DNA of 63,343 bases, the filler included, from Stramenopiles sp. TOSAG23-6 (Eukaryota), in NCBI GenBank assembly GCA_900128565.1. It is 8 parts of 8 records of this genome, joined end to end, with 100 filler letters (N's around TTAATTAATTAA, not from the genome) between each part and the next. Parts side by side here need not be neighbours in the genome. Positions count along the whole stretch, not along the records: positions 1 to 10,025 come from LT636336.1; positions 10,126 to 20,145 come from LT636337.1; 6 more parts are not named here. One strand, given 5' to 3'. The notes beneath the pieces are model-generated. The model saw only the letters and a program-made list of their open reading frames with translations, had not been told where the DNA came from and did no database searches. The translations under genes and the position numbers were made by a program. This document shows, piece after piece, positions 1 through 12,633 of the stretch (position 1 is the stretch's first letter; each line of letters begins with the position of its first letter).

Positions 1-6
1 CCTGCC

Positions 7-1017
7 ATGAGAAAAATGAAACTTTTAATTTACTTGACTCTAGTCAATATCATTACAGTACAAGTAGCTGTCTCATCAACCTCTTTTGCTTCGTCATGCT
101 GTCGTTCAATAAGCAAAATATTTTCCAGGTCTCCAAAGGGAAGTGTTGCGCCCGCGCCAGAAGGTCCGTGTACTCCTTGTGGCACAATGTCAGGCTATGT
201 TGATTCAAGCATCGTCAGAAATGCCGACAAGGAAAGTATGCATCAATTCTTCAGTGATATATCACCCGATGTTGCCAGGGTTGTCAAGGTTGTCAACGTC
301 GAACAAACACAAAAGGTACAACAGGTGGATTTAGAAGGTTCTGGGTTGTCCAGAAACGCGATTCACGGGCTTGAATATCCACCCTCAAACTCAAGTATTA
401 TTACTGCGTCTTCTCCTGAATGTGAACCAATCAAATCCATAATTATTTACCGTCATGATAGTCGTGATAAGTTCACAAAAATTTTCATGAAAGTTGCTAC
501 ACGTGCTGTAAGTGATGCAAGTCCGATTGATATTCATTTGGCTTTCGATAAAGCGAAGACTTTGGAAGAGAGGATGAAAGATTTCAACGATTTGTTTGAT
601 GAACCTGATGATATAAACAATGGAGCCTCAGCCAAGTTGGATAAAATGCTACATTTTTCAAGTTCAACCGTATTAGTTCTGGAAAGCAATTTTGGTTATC
701 CTTCTGATAAGAGGTTGAATATGCGCATACAAAAGTACATTGAGAGCAGACGCAAACGTGATTTACCCGAGGATAATCTCTACCTTATTTCAAGTACACC
801 TGATTCATTTTATTTTCGAGATAAACATGGCTCAAAACTTGAGCATTATCCGAAGTTTATTTTAGATGGCACCAAATCATGGAACGCGAAATTTGCAACT
901 GAAATAAGTAACCTTAACAAGTCAAGAAAGAAATTGTGTTCATTCAAAATAAAAACTTCGCCAACGCCACCACAATTAACTCATCTCAATATTCCATACG
1001 AAACAAAACAAAATTAA
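7..1017 (+). CDS. Hypothetical secreted protein (336 aa)
   Basis: Long ORF with N-terminal hydrophobic signal-peptide-like stretch; no family recognised. Confidence 0.6.
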   Translation: MRKMKLLIYLTLVNIITVQVAVSSTSFASSCCRSISKIFSRSPKGSVAPAPEGPCTPCGTMSGYVDSSIVRNADKESMHQFFSDISPDVARVVKVVNVEQTQKVQQVDLEGSGLSRNAIHGLEYPPSNSSIITASSPECEPIKSIIIYRHDSRDKFTKIFMKVATRAVSDASPIDIHLAFDKAKTLEERMKDFNDLFDEPDDINNGASAKLDKMLHFSSSTVLVLESNFGYPSDKRLNMRIQKYIESRRKRDLPEDNLYLISSTPDSFYFRDKHGSKLEHYPKFILDGTKSWNAKFATEISNLNKSRKKLCSFKIKTSPTPPQLTHLNIPYETKQN

Positions 1018-1460
1018 CAAAAAACATTTGTATCTCATAGGAATTGAATACAAATTATTTTGCACAAAAAATTGTACATAAAACAAAAACATTCTCAAAA
1101 TTTTTCTTTCTTTTTCTATACCATTTTAAACTTCAAAACAAACAATATTCTCTATTTATTTGAAACAACTCCGGCTTCAGACTCGAAATAAATAAAAGAA
1201 AAACGAAAAAGAGGGGGTGTTCCACAAGCAGTATCTAATAACATTATCATAACTTTATTACGTTAAAATCCGGGTAAAATACTTGAGATGGAGAAACCCT
1301 AACCCTATTTATCGATCGCGTCAGCGCGCGTCTGGCCGGCCATCAATATCATCGTGCTTGCATAAGGCTAGCATTTATACGTAGTAAAGTTACTAAAGTA
1401 GGCACCACAAGTTCTTTGTTGTTAGCATTTCCTCAATATTGCACTACATTATTATCTAGC

Positions 1461-3933
1461 ATGGGAGAACCATCTATGTCAACGAAAGATTTACTGAATT
1501 GCATTGAAGTTGCACGCAAAACGGGAAATTTTACTGACGAGTCGAGTTTTAGTTTGTCATGCAAAAATAGGTTAGCTCTTGTTTACAGCGTTTTATCTCT
1601 ACCTGATATCCCTGGAATTGATATTTCTTCAAATAAAAATACGAATCCTAATTCGTGGGATAATGAGATAACTAATAATCCTGAGCAGGCGTTGGAAAAT
1701 GTTGCTATATTGTTAGTTTCGCTAGAAAAGTTGATTGCTGACAACACATCCATACTTGATGAATTTGCGTTAGATGTTTTGCAATATGTGTTTCAGTATA
1801 TGACTGATGATGATAAAGTATTTGGCCATTTTTCTACACAGCTAAATAAATCTGTACAACAAGCCGCTTCCAATTTTATAGAGACTGTGTGTAGAACGCG
1901 AAATCCTCGCGAAGTTTGGATGCCTATAAAAGTGATTGCAACTTCAAGAATGGTGAACCTTGGTCGTGATTTTCAGCTACTCCGTTCTATCCCTATACTT
2001 TTAGATAGAATTGTTTCAGAACGAAAGGGAAGATCACGTCGTCTACTGTTCTCAGACATTACCAATATATCATGTAAAATAGTAGAAAAGATGATGTTAT
2101 CTCATAGAGACGACTTTCTAATTCATGAGAGTTTACTTACAAAGCATTTTTTGAATGAGGTTGTTGGTAAGCTTCCTCTTGCAAAGTATCTTAAGAGTGG
2201 AGAGCATCATCAGAGTGGAGATCATTATCACACTATTTTCGAATTATGTATTCGTGGAATGTCAACAATTATCGAACCATTTACAGCATATTTATATCGT
2301 ACGAGAATTGCACTTCAATGCGTAGGTGTTTACCGAAAAGACACAACTATAGAAAAAGAATATGAGTTTGCATTAGATTGTTCAGCTCATCGTCTTTTTA
2401 TATTACGTCATGTGAATTCGATAGCAGTTTTGTCCAAGGAAAAGAGTTCACCTGATCTTCCAATACAAAATTTTGTACAACAACTACTACGAGTAGATGG
2501 TTCAGCACTTTATATTTTAGAGTTTATTAGAAAACAGAATATGTGTAATACTACAGTATCTAGTGAAGTATGTTTTTATCATTTATGTTTTTTTCAAATG
2601 TTCAATTTTGATTTTTTTTTTTCTTTGAAAATTCTGTACTTAACGATTTTCAATTTTGACATATTTTAAATAGTACTGGCCTTAAATGGCGCAGCTCTAT
2701 TATCTTGGTGGTTATTAGGACGAAATCCTAGAATTCTTAATCAAAATCAATCATTACTATCATATATACCATCAGTATTATCGCCAAGTATGTACGTTTT
2801 CATCATTCATTTTATTTTTTTTTTGGTACGAAATTTTGTACCTAACAAAAAACTATCAATTTTTTTTTAATATTTTCCGAAAATATATGTTTGTCCGTAT
2901 TGGCATTGAGAATTGTTCACGATTATTAGATACTAGTCAAAGTAAAGTTAACATTGAAAGAGGCCTGGAATTAATGTCAAGGATATTTGAAGCATATTTA
3001 CCACCTCCGATATATATAAAATGTAAACAGGAAAGCTCTCATAATAATGATAATATCGTTTGTGACGCTTATCAACTTTTAATATGTACATTTTCAATTT
3101 CAAAATTTTAATTTTTTTTTCCAACGAAATTTTGTACCTAACGTTTTTTATGTACCAAAAAAAAAATATTTTTTCACAATATATATACCTGTTTCAAAAT
3201 GTTATTAAATATTAGTACAATGAACGAAAAGGAGAAAAATCGTGAAAAATCTTTACATTTAATTCCTTTATTATTATCTATTTTACCACCGTGTTTACGA
3301 TTTAATACTATATTTAGATTGCTAAAGGGAAATTATGCTGCTTTTGATAATTATTCATTTGGTAGAAAACTTGGTACAAAACAAAAAGATTCAGATAATT
3401 ATTGTCTTTCATCAGCAAATACTGCGATAGTTTTCGATATAATTCGTGCACAGGTTGTTGAATCTATTTCTTATATACGAAAATCTGTACCAAAACCAAA
3501 GCAAAATGAAGTATACAACAATTTCTATACTTCTCCTTTTGTAACAGGTAAAGTCTTTTGTTTTGTGAAATGGTTGTTAGAAAAGTTATCTCAGAGAGAA
3601 CTTGTAGAATGGTCTATGGCTTATGCAAGCTGTTTGAATTTACTACGTTTTCTAATTCTTGTAGTTCCAGATGCTCTGAAAAAAATAAATAGTAAGCCTA
3701 ATCGTATGGCGTCTCATAATAATATCGATGATAGTCCAAAGAATAATGTGGTAAATATTTGTGATTTAATTAATCTTATGAGTAATGCTGTTGATGATAA
3801 GACAAATGAACTTTGTAAATTAAGTAATAATATTGATTCTACAGAATATGCGACAACAAGATTGAAAGAATCAAAAAGTCGTATTTTTATTGTGCAGGAA
3901 GTGTTGAGTAGAGTTAGAGAACTTTTAGTATAA
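1461..3933 (+). CDS. Multi-exon helical protein, possibly glomulin/ALF4-like; introns ~2568-2672 (boundary ambiguous), 2792-2888, 3086-3184
   Basis: Four exons join in frame after intron removal; C-terminal AYASCLNLLRFLIL resembles the glomulin/ALF4 C-terminal motif. Confidence 0.55.
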
Positions 3934-4076
3934 AATAATATATTTTTTAAGAATTTTCCAATTTGGATTTGTTTTTCGTACAAAATTTTGTACTAACAAA
4001 AAAGAAAAAAAACAAATTTTGATAGTATAAAATAAGAAATATATACATTTATTCATATTTACATGATTTTAGAAAT

Positions 4077-6628
4077 CTAGGGCAAAGTCTCGATAAAAAG
4101 TTTCATCGTTTCACTTTTCAATATTTCAAGTATTGATAATGGGGAATACATAGTAAAAATATTTCGGAGAACATTACCTGAATTTTCTACACCTCCGCGT
4201 CTCAAAGCTTTTATGAAAGACATTTTCCGCCGGAAACGCATTTTTTTCAATTCATGTATTGTGAAAAGATATTTGTTTTACGAAAAAAAACAAATTAGGT
4301 ACAAAATTTTCTATGAAAAAAAAAATGAAATTCATGATGAAGACTTACATTCACAAAATTATCAACACTTTCTTCTGGTATTGAATCAATCATAGTGAAT
4401 TCTGAAGCTTCTTTATTATTGGACATGGCGACTAAAGCAACAACTTTATCATTGCGTAAATCTTCTGATGCGTATTTAAGAGTCATTCCATTTATATATA
4501 CTGCCTGTAAGAAAAAATCACGATTCTTTTTTAATTGTTCCGAAATGTTCTCAAATAATCCATACCCGAATAATTCATTTCCTAGAGATGGTGGTTTATT
4601 TAATGAGAGTGCATAAATTGTGAAAAAATACTTTTTTTGTTAAAATAAAATTCGTTAGGTATGGAATTGGGTACAAAAAATAAATAAATTTAAAATTCAA
4701 GAATTCAAGAAAACAAAACGCACATCAAGTAAAAATTGACCGTTTGACTTTAAATTCACTGGAATATTTTCGACAATATATTGTTCTTCACCCCACGCAT
4801 TGTTTAAAGCACAAAGTGTTATTTCACTCTGTTCTCTCAATGATTTCGAAGCGTCATTGTATATTGTGTTGTCAGGATGATATAACGCTGCCAAAAATAA
4901 ATCTCTCTCACCCTGTAATCTCTTTGAAGCTACTTTGAAGAATAGATCACCATCATCACCTTGAATCCTAGCCATCATTATATGGTAGTCATCTACATAT
5001 GGCAGACGTTTTACTGTATCCATGCAAAAAGAATCTGGATTCTCTTCCCAAAATTCGATTTCGAAATTTCCAAGTATGGCAGCATCAAAAACAAAACCAT
5101 AATTTTGTTTTAAAGAATCTGAAGCAAAAGCAATATTAAGAGCATTTACTTGTACAGCTAACAAAACAATCTCGGGATCATTAATAAACTTTGGTTCGTC
5201 GAAAAACATAATATCTCCATTTTGAATAGCCACTAAGTAATCATCTCGCATATTTTGCATTTCACTTGAGTACCTTATTTTCGGAAATTGAGGATAGTCA
5301 TTCACCCAATGTTGTTTTCTCTTTGCTACAATATCATTAGCAATTGCCCTGGATTTAATTTTTGCAATATCAACTTTATCAACTCCAGAAATGACACGAG
5401 GAATATCAAGAAGCCTTGGTGATGCCCATTCTAAAGCAGCGATATTTCCCCTTTTAGCAGCCATAACAATATTGAATGTATTTCGTAACCTTAGTGAAGC
5501 ATATTGAAGTGCATTACCATTACTTTTATCAACCGCAGTCATAACAATAAAAGATGTATCTCGTAAATTCACTGAAGCATATTCGAGTGCATTACCATTA
5601 CTTTCCACCGCAGCCTTAACAATATCATTGCTATCTTGTAAACCAAATGAAGCATATTCGAGTGCAACACCCACACTTTTCACCGCAGCCATAACAATAT
5701 CGTCATTATTTTTCAATAAATCTGAAGCATATTGGAGTACAAAGCCATACTTTTGTACAATATTTAATACAAAATTGTAGTTTCCAAAGTTTGTTACTGA
5801 GGTGTGTTGTAGAATGTCCACCAAAGTTTGTCTTTTATTGCTGCCGTCTACAGCTAACTGTGTAACCCAGAGCTCATGTCGAAGCCTTGATGATAAGAAT
5901 TGAAAAGATGCTGGATTCAATAACACAGCTGTAACAGCTATAATTTCATTATCACGCTCTTCTACTGATAAATTTTGAAAATATTCTTTCAAACAGAGAT
6001 AGGATTGCTCAGACACCATTAGAGGAGTTTGTACAGAGAGTAAGGTAGTTATGTGATGATATATTGTATCAATCAACTCAAAATCATAAGTATATTCGGG
6101 TATTATTTCTCCTGAAATTGTATGCCATTCATTTCTTAACTGTTGTATAACAGGATTAAATATATTTGAAGTTTTTAAAATCTCATGCAATTTAAGTTGA
6201 AAAATTCTTTGAGCAAATGAATGAATGAAAGGGATTTGGCGAAGTCTCTCCGAAACGTGCTGTATCATCATCGGGTTTTTATGAAGTACTCTTATTGCAA
6301 CTGCCATGTCGTCTTGAAAGAACGGTGATACTGTAGCGAATTTACTCGGGGTTTCCATGATTACACGTACCACTTTATCCCGGGAGACCAACACATTAGA
6401 GATGTCTGTGCTGGGAGCGGCGGTGGCTGCTACTCCAGCAACGGACGCATTTATCGGACTTGCATGCGCCACCGAGGACTGTAGAGTTGTTGTTGCGTCG
6501 TTTTGCGAGGCGTTGTCTGTTCTTTGTCTTTTTGAGTCGCGCATAACGTCGTCGGACCCCCGTCGTTCCATTCCACTTGCAATGGTTAAAAGAAACGTAA
6601 TGTATAGAAACAATGTATAATATTTCAT
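4077..6628 (-). CDS. Secreted DUF4116-repeat protein; introns 4613-4723 and 4254-4348
   Basis: Signal peptide from MKYYTL; many 'AV..NG.ALEYAS..L' repeats; the repeat pattern continues across the first GT-AT intron and the frame stays open across the second to TAG at 4077. Confidence 0.8.
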
Positions 6629-6879
6629 GCTGTACCTGCTTTTGATGATTCCTTTCAGCTGAAGTGGTGTGGCTGGGGTAGAAGTATCTGTACAACAATT
6701 ATTTCCGAATTTCCTTAGTAAGTATGCGTATGTACGTCGGTAGTATGCGCCAGTTAGCAATAGAGCCAGCGCGCAAAACCGGTAACGATCCCCGATCGAA
6801 ATCTTGACAGAAGTGGCCACATCAAGTTTCAGTGCGCATCTAAAGACTTTCGTATAATTCAGTAACTCAATCAAGTACT

Positions 6880-9132
6880 ATGCGCCTCTTACTCATACTA
6901 AGTGCTATCGCAATTGCAGGAGCAAGTAGTAATGCTGGTGAATCAGTTAATTCAGGTAATCTTGAAGCTAATGGATTCGAAGAAATTCAACATAAGAGCC
7001 TCGGAGATGTGCAACGGGAACGTTTAAAAAGAGCTCAAGGCGGTGGCGACGACACACTGTATTATGTCGACCTTACTGGTGCACCAGATGAACCTCAACC
7101 AAAACGACAGCAAACTGATGCACCTGATGGACCTTCAGCAAAACGACAGCGAACAGGGCTTGCTCCTGCTGAAGTTTACCAAGAACAATACCTTGGTTTA
7201 AGGCGATATGAACGAGAACAAAGGCAGATTACAGACGATCGACGAATTGCTGAACAAATACATAATCAGCAGCTCGCCGCACGACAACAAATGCTCTTAC
7301 AACAGCAACAGCAACAGCATGCAGCTCAAACAGCAGCGCGACAACAGCAACTGCTTCGTCAACAACAACAACAACAACAGCATGCAGCTCAAATGGCGCA
7401 ACAACAACTGCTTCGTCAACAACAACAACAACAACGTCAAATAGCGCAGCAACAACTGCTTCGTCAACAACAACAACAACAAAAACGTGCAGCAGCGCAA
7501 CAACAACTGCTTCGTCAACAACAACAACAACAACAACAACAACGTCAAATAGCGCAACAACAACTGCTTCGTCAACAACAACAACAACAACAACAACGTG
7601 CAGCTCTAGCGCAGCAACAACTGCTTCGTCAACAACAACAACAAGCAGCTCAAGCTTTTCAACAACAACAAGCTGTTCAACAACAACAACAACACGCTCA
7701 AGCTATTCAAAAACAACAAACGCAGCTCATGCAGGATGTGGCCGCGACAGCACAGCCGATTCACGTGAAATGTCCGAAATGCGGACTCATACTTGTAGCT
7801 CCCGAACATGCGCCGGAGTTCAGATGCCCATGCGGCCAAGGCATGCGGCTGCCCGACTCGGTCTTGAAAGCTCAACAACAACAGCTAGAGCAGAGATTAA
7901 CCAAGGCTATTACTGAAAAAAAATTGGACGACCTAAAATCTCTCTGGGCAGATCATGAAAAACGCGGAGAGGATGCCGTTGAATCTTTTGTACTTGCAAG
8001 TGGAACTGTTGTTATCAAACTTTTTGAGGCAGGAAAAGATGTTGATTTTTCTGTTCTTCTATATTTAATGAATGACACCAGATTTCTTGTAGATTTGAAT
8101 GTTGAGGGCAATTTGGGCGTTGACACACAAATTCGGATCATCAGTAATTTAATGGGCAAAAAAGGTGGTCCTCAACTGATTTTTTCTTATTTGAGTTATA
8201 ATCCAAGAGATTTTTTGGCTTTTCTCGAACTTCTTGATCATGGGAATTCTTATTCTGTACCGGCATTTGTGGAGGAAGCAACAGCGGCAGGACTGAACCT
8301 TCTTCGACATACACTTACTTGTGGAGGTGGTCCTAAAGGTCGTGCCTACGGTTCGGCTGGCATAAAAATAAGGATAATGAAACGACTCATTGCAACAAAG
8401 AAAATTACTGAATTAAACAAAACATATAATGATGGCAGGACTCCATTAATTCTTGCCAGTGATCGAATGACATATGCAAAGATTCTAATTGATGCTGGTG
8501 CAAGAGGTGATACTCCACTAAAAGGTGGCGAGACATATTTCAGTTTGTTTGCGAGACGTCACATAAAAAAATACTTTTCTCCCAGGAGCCGCCATGAAGG
8601 AAATTTTGATGCAATTGCTGAACAGTTAATGATAAAAGGTGCAGTTTCACAAAGTGAAATGAACAGAGCATTGTTTATTGCTTTTAAACAAAAGGATTGG
8701 AGGAAGGTGAGGATGATGATATTACAACGAGGAGAGGGAACTAGCCAAGCCGACCCAAATTTCGAGACACCGGAAATACTACACAAATTAATGATGGAAG
8801 AGACAGTGGACGAATCGCATACAAGAGAATTCTTCCAAGGTCTTCTATTGCAGTTTAAAGCTGCAGAAGCAAAGTTCAATTATCGAATTCCTACCGAACG
8901 TTCAACAGAGTCGAATTTATCAGCATTGGGTCATTATCTTAATCGTTGGAAACATGAATTTGAACAAGGCCAGTATGACGAACGAGTGAAGCATCTAAAA
9001 TTCATGCATGTTGAGCTTGAAGTGCGGCCTACTGATAAGGAACAATATATTGTGAAAAGTTTGCTCCAGGGAATGAAAATCACTGACATCATGACCAAGA
9101 ATAATGAATTTTGGCCACATTTTGGACAATAA
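6880..9132 (+). CDS. Secreted polyQ protein with zinc ribbon (CPKC...CPC) and ankyrin-like segment
   Basis: 750-aa ORF with signal peptide, AQQQLLRQn repeats and a GRTPLILA ankyrin-like motif. Confidence 0.75.
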   Translation: MRLLLILSAIAIAGASSNAGESVNSGNLEANGFEEIQHKSLGDVQRERLKRAQGGGDDTLYYVDLTGAPDEPQPKRQQTDAPDGPSAKRQRTGLAPAEVYQEQYLGLRRYEREQRQITDDRRIAEQIHNQQLAARQQMLLQQQQQQHAAQTAARQQQLLRQQQQQQQHAAQMAQQQLLRQQQQQQRQIAQQQLLRQQQQQQKRAAAQQQLLRQQQQQQQQQRQIAQQQLLRQQQQQQQQRAALAQQQLLRQQQQQAAQAFQQQQAVQQQQQHAQAIQKQQTQLMQDVAATAQPIHVKCPKCGLILVAPEHAPEFRCPCGQGMRLPDSVLKAQQQQLEQRLTKAITEKKLDDLKSLWADHEKRGEDAVESFVLASGTVVIKLFEAGKDVDFSVLLYLMNDTRFLVDLNVEGNLGVDTQIRIISNLMGKKGGPQLIFSYLSYNPRDFLAFLELLDHGNSYSVPAFVEEATAAGLNLLRHTLTCGGGPKGRAYGSAGIKIRIMKRLIATKKITELNKTYNDGRTPLILASDRMTYAKILIDAGARGDTPLKGGETYFSLFARRHIKKYFSPRSRHEGNFDAIAEQLMIKGAVSQSEMNRALFIAFKQKDWRKVRMMILQRGEGTSQADPNFETPEILHKLMMEETVDESHTREFFQGLLLQFKAAEAKFNYRIPTERSTESNLSALGHYLNRWKHEFEQGQYDERVKHLKFMHVELEVRPTDKEQYIVKSLLQGMKITDIMTKNNEFWPHFGQ
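7270..7720 (+). repeat. Coding minisatellite (gcgcaacaacaactgcttcgt + (caa)n)
   Basis: About six visible tandem units encoding AQQQLLRQQQQQ. Confidence 0.9.
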
Positions 9133-9323
9133 TAAGGTCATTATATTAGTATGTTGTCAGCGAATAACACTTTATTCAGTTGGTCTACAACAATATTCTT
9201 TCTTTTTTTCGCGAGATTATTTTCTCATTCAATCTCTTGGTGAAACAAATAAAAAAAATGAAAATTTTTTCTTTTTTAGACTTTTTTTTATTTGAATAAA
9301 AAATAAACAACCAATGGAATGAA

Positions 9324-9958
9324 TCATGCTTGTTGACTAAAATAAGAATCTTTAGATTTCCCAGACCTACCTCCTGAAGTTTTTGAACTTGTTTTGTTTG
9401 ATGTATCACTTTGTCCAACTTCTTGCGCATCAGACTTATTTGCATGTTTCTTTTTCCCGTGTTTGTTCTCAGTTTTTTCATTTTTTTTCGTATTTTTTTC
9501 TTCTCCATTTGACAAATTTAAATTATTGATTCCATTGGGCATACACCAACCAAGCATAGCAATGGTATGTAATAATATATGAAGCGCTGTAATAGTAGCA
9601 CCCCAAATAAGAACACTTGCTGCAGTATACTTTTCTTTCTGAGAATCTACACTTTGTCCATTATCTGATTCTATGATCCAAGTACCTATATTGTGAAAAA
9701 ATATTTTTTCATTTTTTTGTTAGGTACAAAATTTCGTACGAAAAATAAATTTGAAATTGAAAAAAAGTTGAACATTAACATACCAAATTCTCTGCTGGAT
9801 AAAGCAAAAGCACAATATATACTGTAACCAAAAAAGAAAAAATCTACAAAAAAAAGAAGGATCCATGTTGTACGATTTGCAAATTTTTCTGGATGATAGA
9901 AATGCAAATAAGTAAAAAATATTAAGTAGACTTGTACAAGAACTGAACAAATCAGTGT
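9324..9958 (-). CDS. 3' part of a multi-pass membrane protein; GT-AG intron 9686-9783
   Basis: Two exons join in frame (REF-G-TWII); hydrophobic segments; 5' end lost at contig edge. Confidence 0.6.
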
Positions 9959-10025
9959 ATGCATTGTGAAAAAATATTTTTTAAAATTTTTTTGTAATTT
10001 GTTTTGTTAGGTACAAAATTTCGTA

Positions 10026-10125
10026 NNNNNNNNNNNNNNNNNNNNNNNNNNNNNNNNNNNNNNNNNNNNTTAATTAATTAANNNNNNNNNNNNNNNNNNN
10101 NNNNNNNNNNNNNNNNNNNNNNNNN
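10026..10125. other. Artificial contig linker N-TTAATTAATTAA-N (also near 20190, 30289, 40354, 50416, 60448, 61918)
   Basis: Identical 12-mer with stops in all six frames, flanked by N runs. Confidence 0.97.
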
Positions 10126-10175
10126 CGAAATTTTGTACCTAACAAATTTCGAATTTAATTTTTTTTACAATACAT

Positions 10176-10274
10176 GTTGATGCCAACCAAATAGCGCAAG
10201 TTGTGAAAGGAGGTTATATGTTAAAAGATCGTGTTCTCCGGCCTGCACAAGTTGGGGTTTCAAAATCAGAATAA
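10176..10274 (+). CDS. grpE: Last exon of GrpE nucleotide exchange factor
   Basis: VDANQIAQVVKGGYMLKDRVLRPAQVGVSK matches the GrpE C-terminal signature; preceded by an intron end ...ACAATACAT. Confidence 0.85.
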   Translation, partial: VDANQIAQVVKGGYMLKDRVLRPAQVGVSKSE

Positions 10275-10440
10275 ATATAGATATTTTTTTACTCTTTATT
10301 GATATTGTGTTTTATCAATTTATCCATTTCTAAATCTATGTTGAATTTATCAATTTATCCATTTCTAAATCTATGTTGAATACATACATTCACTACTCAT
10401 ATTAATTAATTAATTATTCAAAAGAGAAGCATCAGAAAAT

Positions 10441-10764
10441 TCAAGATATCTCTACAAATACAATGAGGCCAGATAAAAGACAAAAACCTAAGATGAATAA
10501 AATATGTCGTGAGTTGTCTTCATCGTTTGGTGATGATAAATGTTTCTTCAAAACAACAAAAGCATGTTGTTCTTTTACATCTGCTTTCTTTTGTAATAAT
10601 TTGGCATGCGTTGTTGCATCTTGTGCTACATTTTTCTTTTCTTCATTCATTGGATCCTTTGTGGAAGCATCTTTCGCCTCTCTTGCTCTCTGCGATGCTT
10701 CATTCGCCAATATACGATGGTCGTGTGCATCAACAACAGCTGGAATGTGGACACATACCAACAA
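10441..10764 (-). CDS. Small coiled-coil protein or fragment with C-terminal TM helix
   Basis: Charged helical composition plus hydrophobic tail; no ATG start; overlaps the next gene's 5' end. Confidence 0.35.
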   Translation of the reverse strand: MLVCVHIPAVVDAHDHRILANEASQRAREAKDASTKDPMNEEKKNVAQDATTHAKLLQKKADVKEQHAFVVLKKHLSSPNDEDNSRHILFILGFCLLSGLIVFVEIS

Positions 10765-12583
10765 ATGATACGTTGTTGTGCACTATCTGGTGATTTAATC
10801 CGAGCCGCGACATTATTTGATGAATCACGAGAATATAATTTTACTGTAAATTCATTAACACATCATGAAATTCTGAAAGCACATGCAAAAAAAATATGAT
10901 TTTGAATTTATTAATAAACATTTAAAGGATATGAACAGAGCAGCTGACTTATGTCGTGAAAATGGCGTCGATGACTCCAATTATCAATTAAATGAGAATA
11001 TATATCGTATACTTATTAATGCAGCTATTCAGAATAATGATTCTAATCAAGCTACTACATACTTGTATTTATTACAACAAACACACCATCAACCGAGACT
11101 TTTATCACAAGATGCAATTTCCTGTGTAAGCAGTTCAATTCTCCATAATGATTTAAAAAGTGCTAAAATTTCTTTTAGAATCTGTTGTGAGTGTGTTGAT
11201 GTTTTATATAAAGCTGACGTTGTACGTACAAAACATCAAAATGCACGGGAGAAAGAGAGGTGGTTAAAACATGAAAAACAAAAGAAATATCAGAAACAAA
11301 ATGGATCGTCTTCCTATTTGGGTTCAACATTTGGTAGAGGAAATGTATTCGCTCGTGGTCCTTCCTCTGAACTTTCTAACTCATTTGGACATATCAATAA
11401 TGATGATAATACATCTAGTGATTCAAATGACTCTAAAGATCAAAATGGGCCGAAAACATTAGAAGTCATTCCTGGTTCATTCCGTGTTTTAAATCGTGGA
11501 ACTTTTCGTGCTTTAGTCAATTGTGCTTCACGTCATTTAGATACGGAATTTATATATGAATTACTTAATATAATGCAAGATAATGAATATCCTATAGAAC
11601 AAATGCATTGTGATGCATTAACTGAAGCTGCTGCATATCTGATTGCGGAGGATAGTCAAAACTTTTGTGGTGAATTTTTAAAATCAGCTACATTTGTTGA
11701 GAAAAATGGATTCCGTGTCTCTGAGACAAGTATATTCACTGCATCTAATTCAATATTTCATATGAGTACGGATCGTGATAAAGCAGTGGATCATATGTAT
11801 TATTTACTTCAAGATGTACGGAGAGGAATTTCATATGAAAATGACGATCTTTCGGATGATGAAAATAATGAAAATAATAAAAAAATGGAGAAACACACAA
11901 ATAATGATACATCGAATATATCACATACATCGAATGAAGATACGATAATTCATGACATACCAGAGTCCGTAGCAAATGTGATTGCTTTAAGTTGTGCTCG
12001 CCTTGGTCATTATAATCTTAGTTATAGTTTGATTGCGGATTGGTCTACTATTTGTAGTGATTCTATATCGTCTTTGTCATATTCGTATTTATTACAAACT
12101 ATTCAATATAGTAGCTCTGATTCTAATGATGATGCGAGTGAATTTATGAGTAAAATATTGAATCATCTCAATCATGAAATAGAAGATTGGCGAAATCATA
12201 GACAATTGACATCTAGTATAACTGAAGCATATTTGACTTTGAATGATTTCGAGAATGTTGTGTCAATGTTGCGTCAAATGAAAGGTTCTACTGCTGATAA
12301 TTCAAACTTGGACAGTTGTGAACAATGGGGACTTTTACCAACACAAAACTGTATTGATGTGTTGGTACGTCGTGTAACAAATGATAAAGCTTTGATTGAA
12401 TCTGCAACGAAAACACAGAAAAAAACACTACAAAAGTCTAAAAAAACAAAATATGACCCAGAAACTGCAAAAGATATAGTCTTATTGGTACAGAATATTG
12501 TAAAACAAGAATCTGTTTATATTTCAAGTGATATATCTAAACAACTGAATTCTGCAGAAGAATTTCTCTTAAAACAAAAATAA
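10718..12583 (+). CDS. Pentatricopeptide-repeat-like protein, frameshifted at A8 run ~10887-10894
   Basis: NVDTYQQMIRCCALSGDLIRAATLFDE and later motifs fit the PPR consensus; two ORFs join across the homopolymer; start uncertain. Confidence 0.6.
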
Positions 12584-12633
12584 AAACTTAATTCCACAGA
12601 AAAATATCTCTTATAAAAATTCAACATATAGAA

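Noticed and set aside
7297-7881. Poly-Leu and other short antisense ORFs, and Phe-rich ORFs such as YEILYLT/FVRNFVPN
   Set aside because: Shadows of polyQ coding sequence or translations of the intron motif.
10070-10081. TTAATTAATTAA as a biological motif
   Set aside because: Always embedded in N runs; it is a contig-joining linker.
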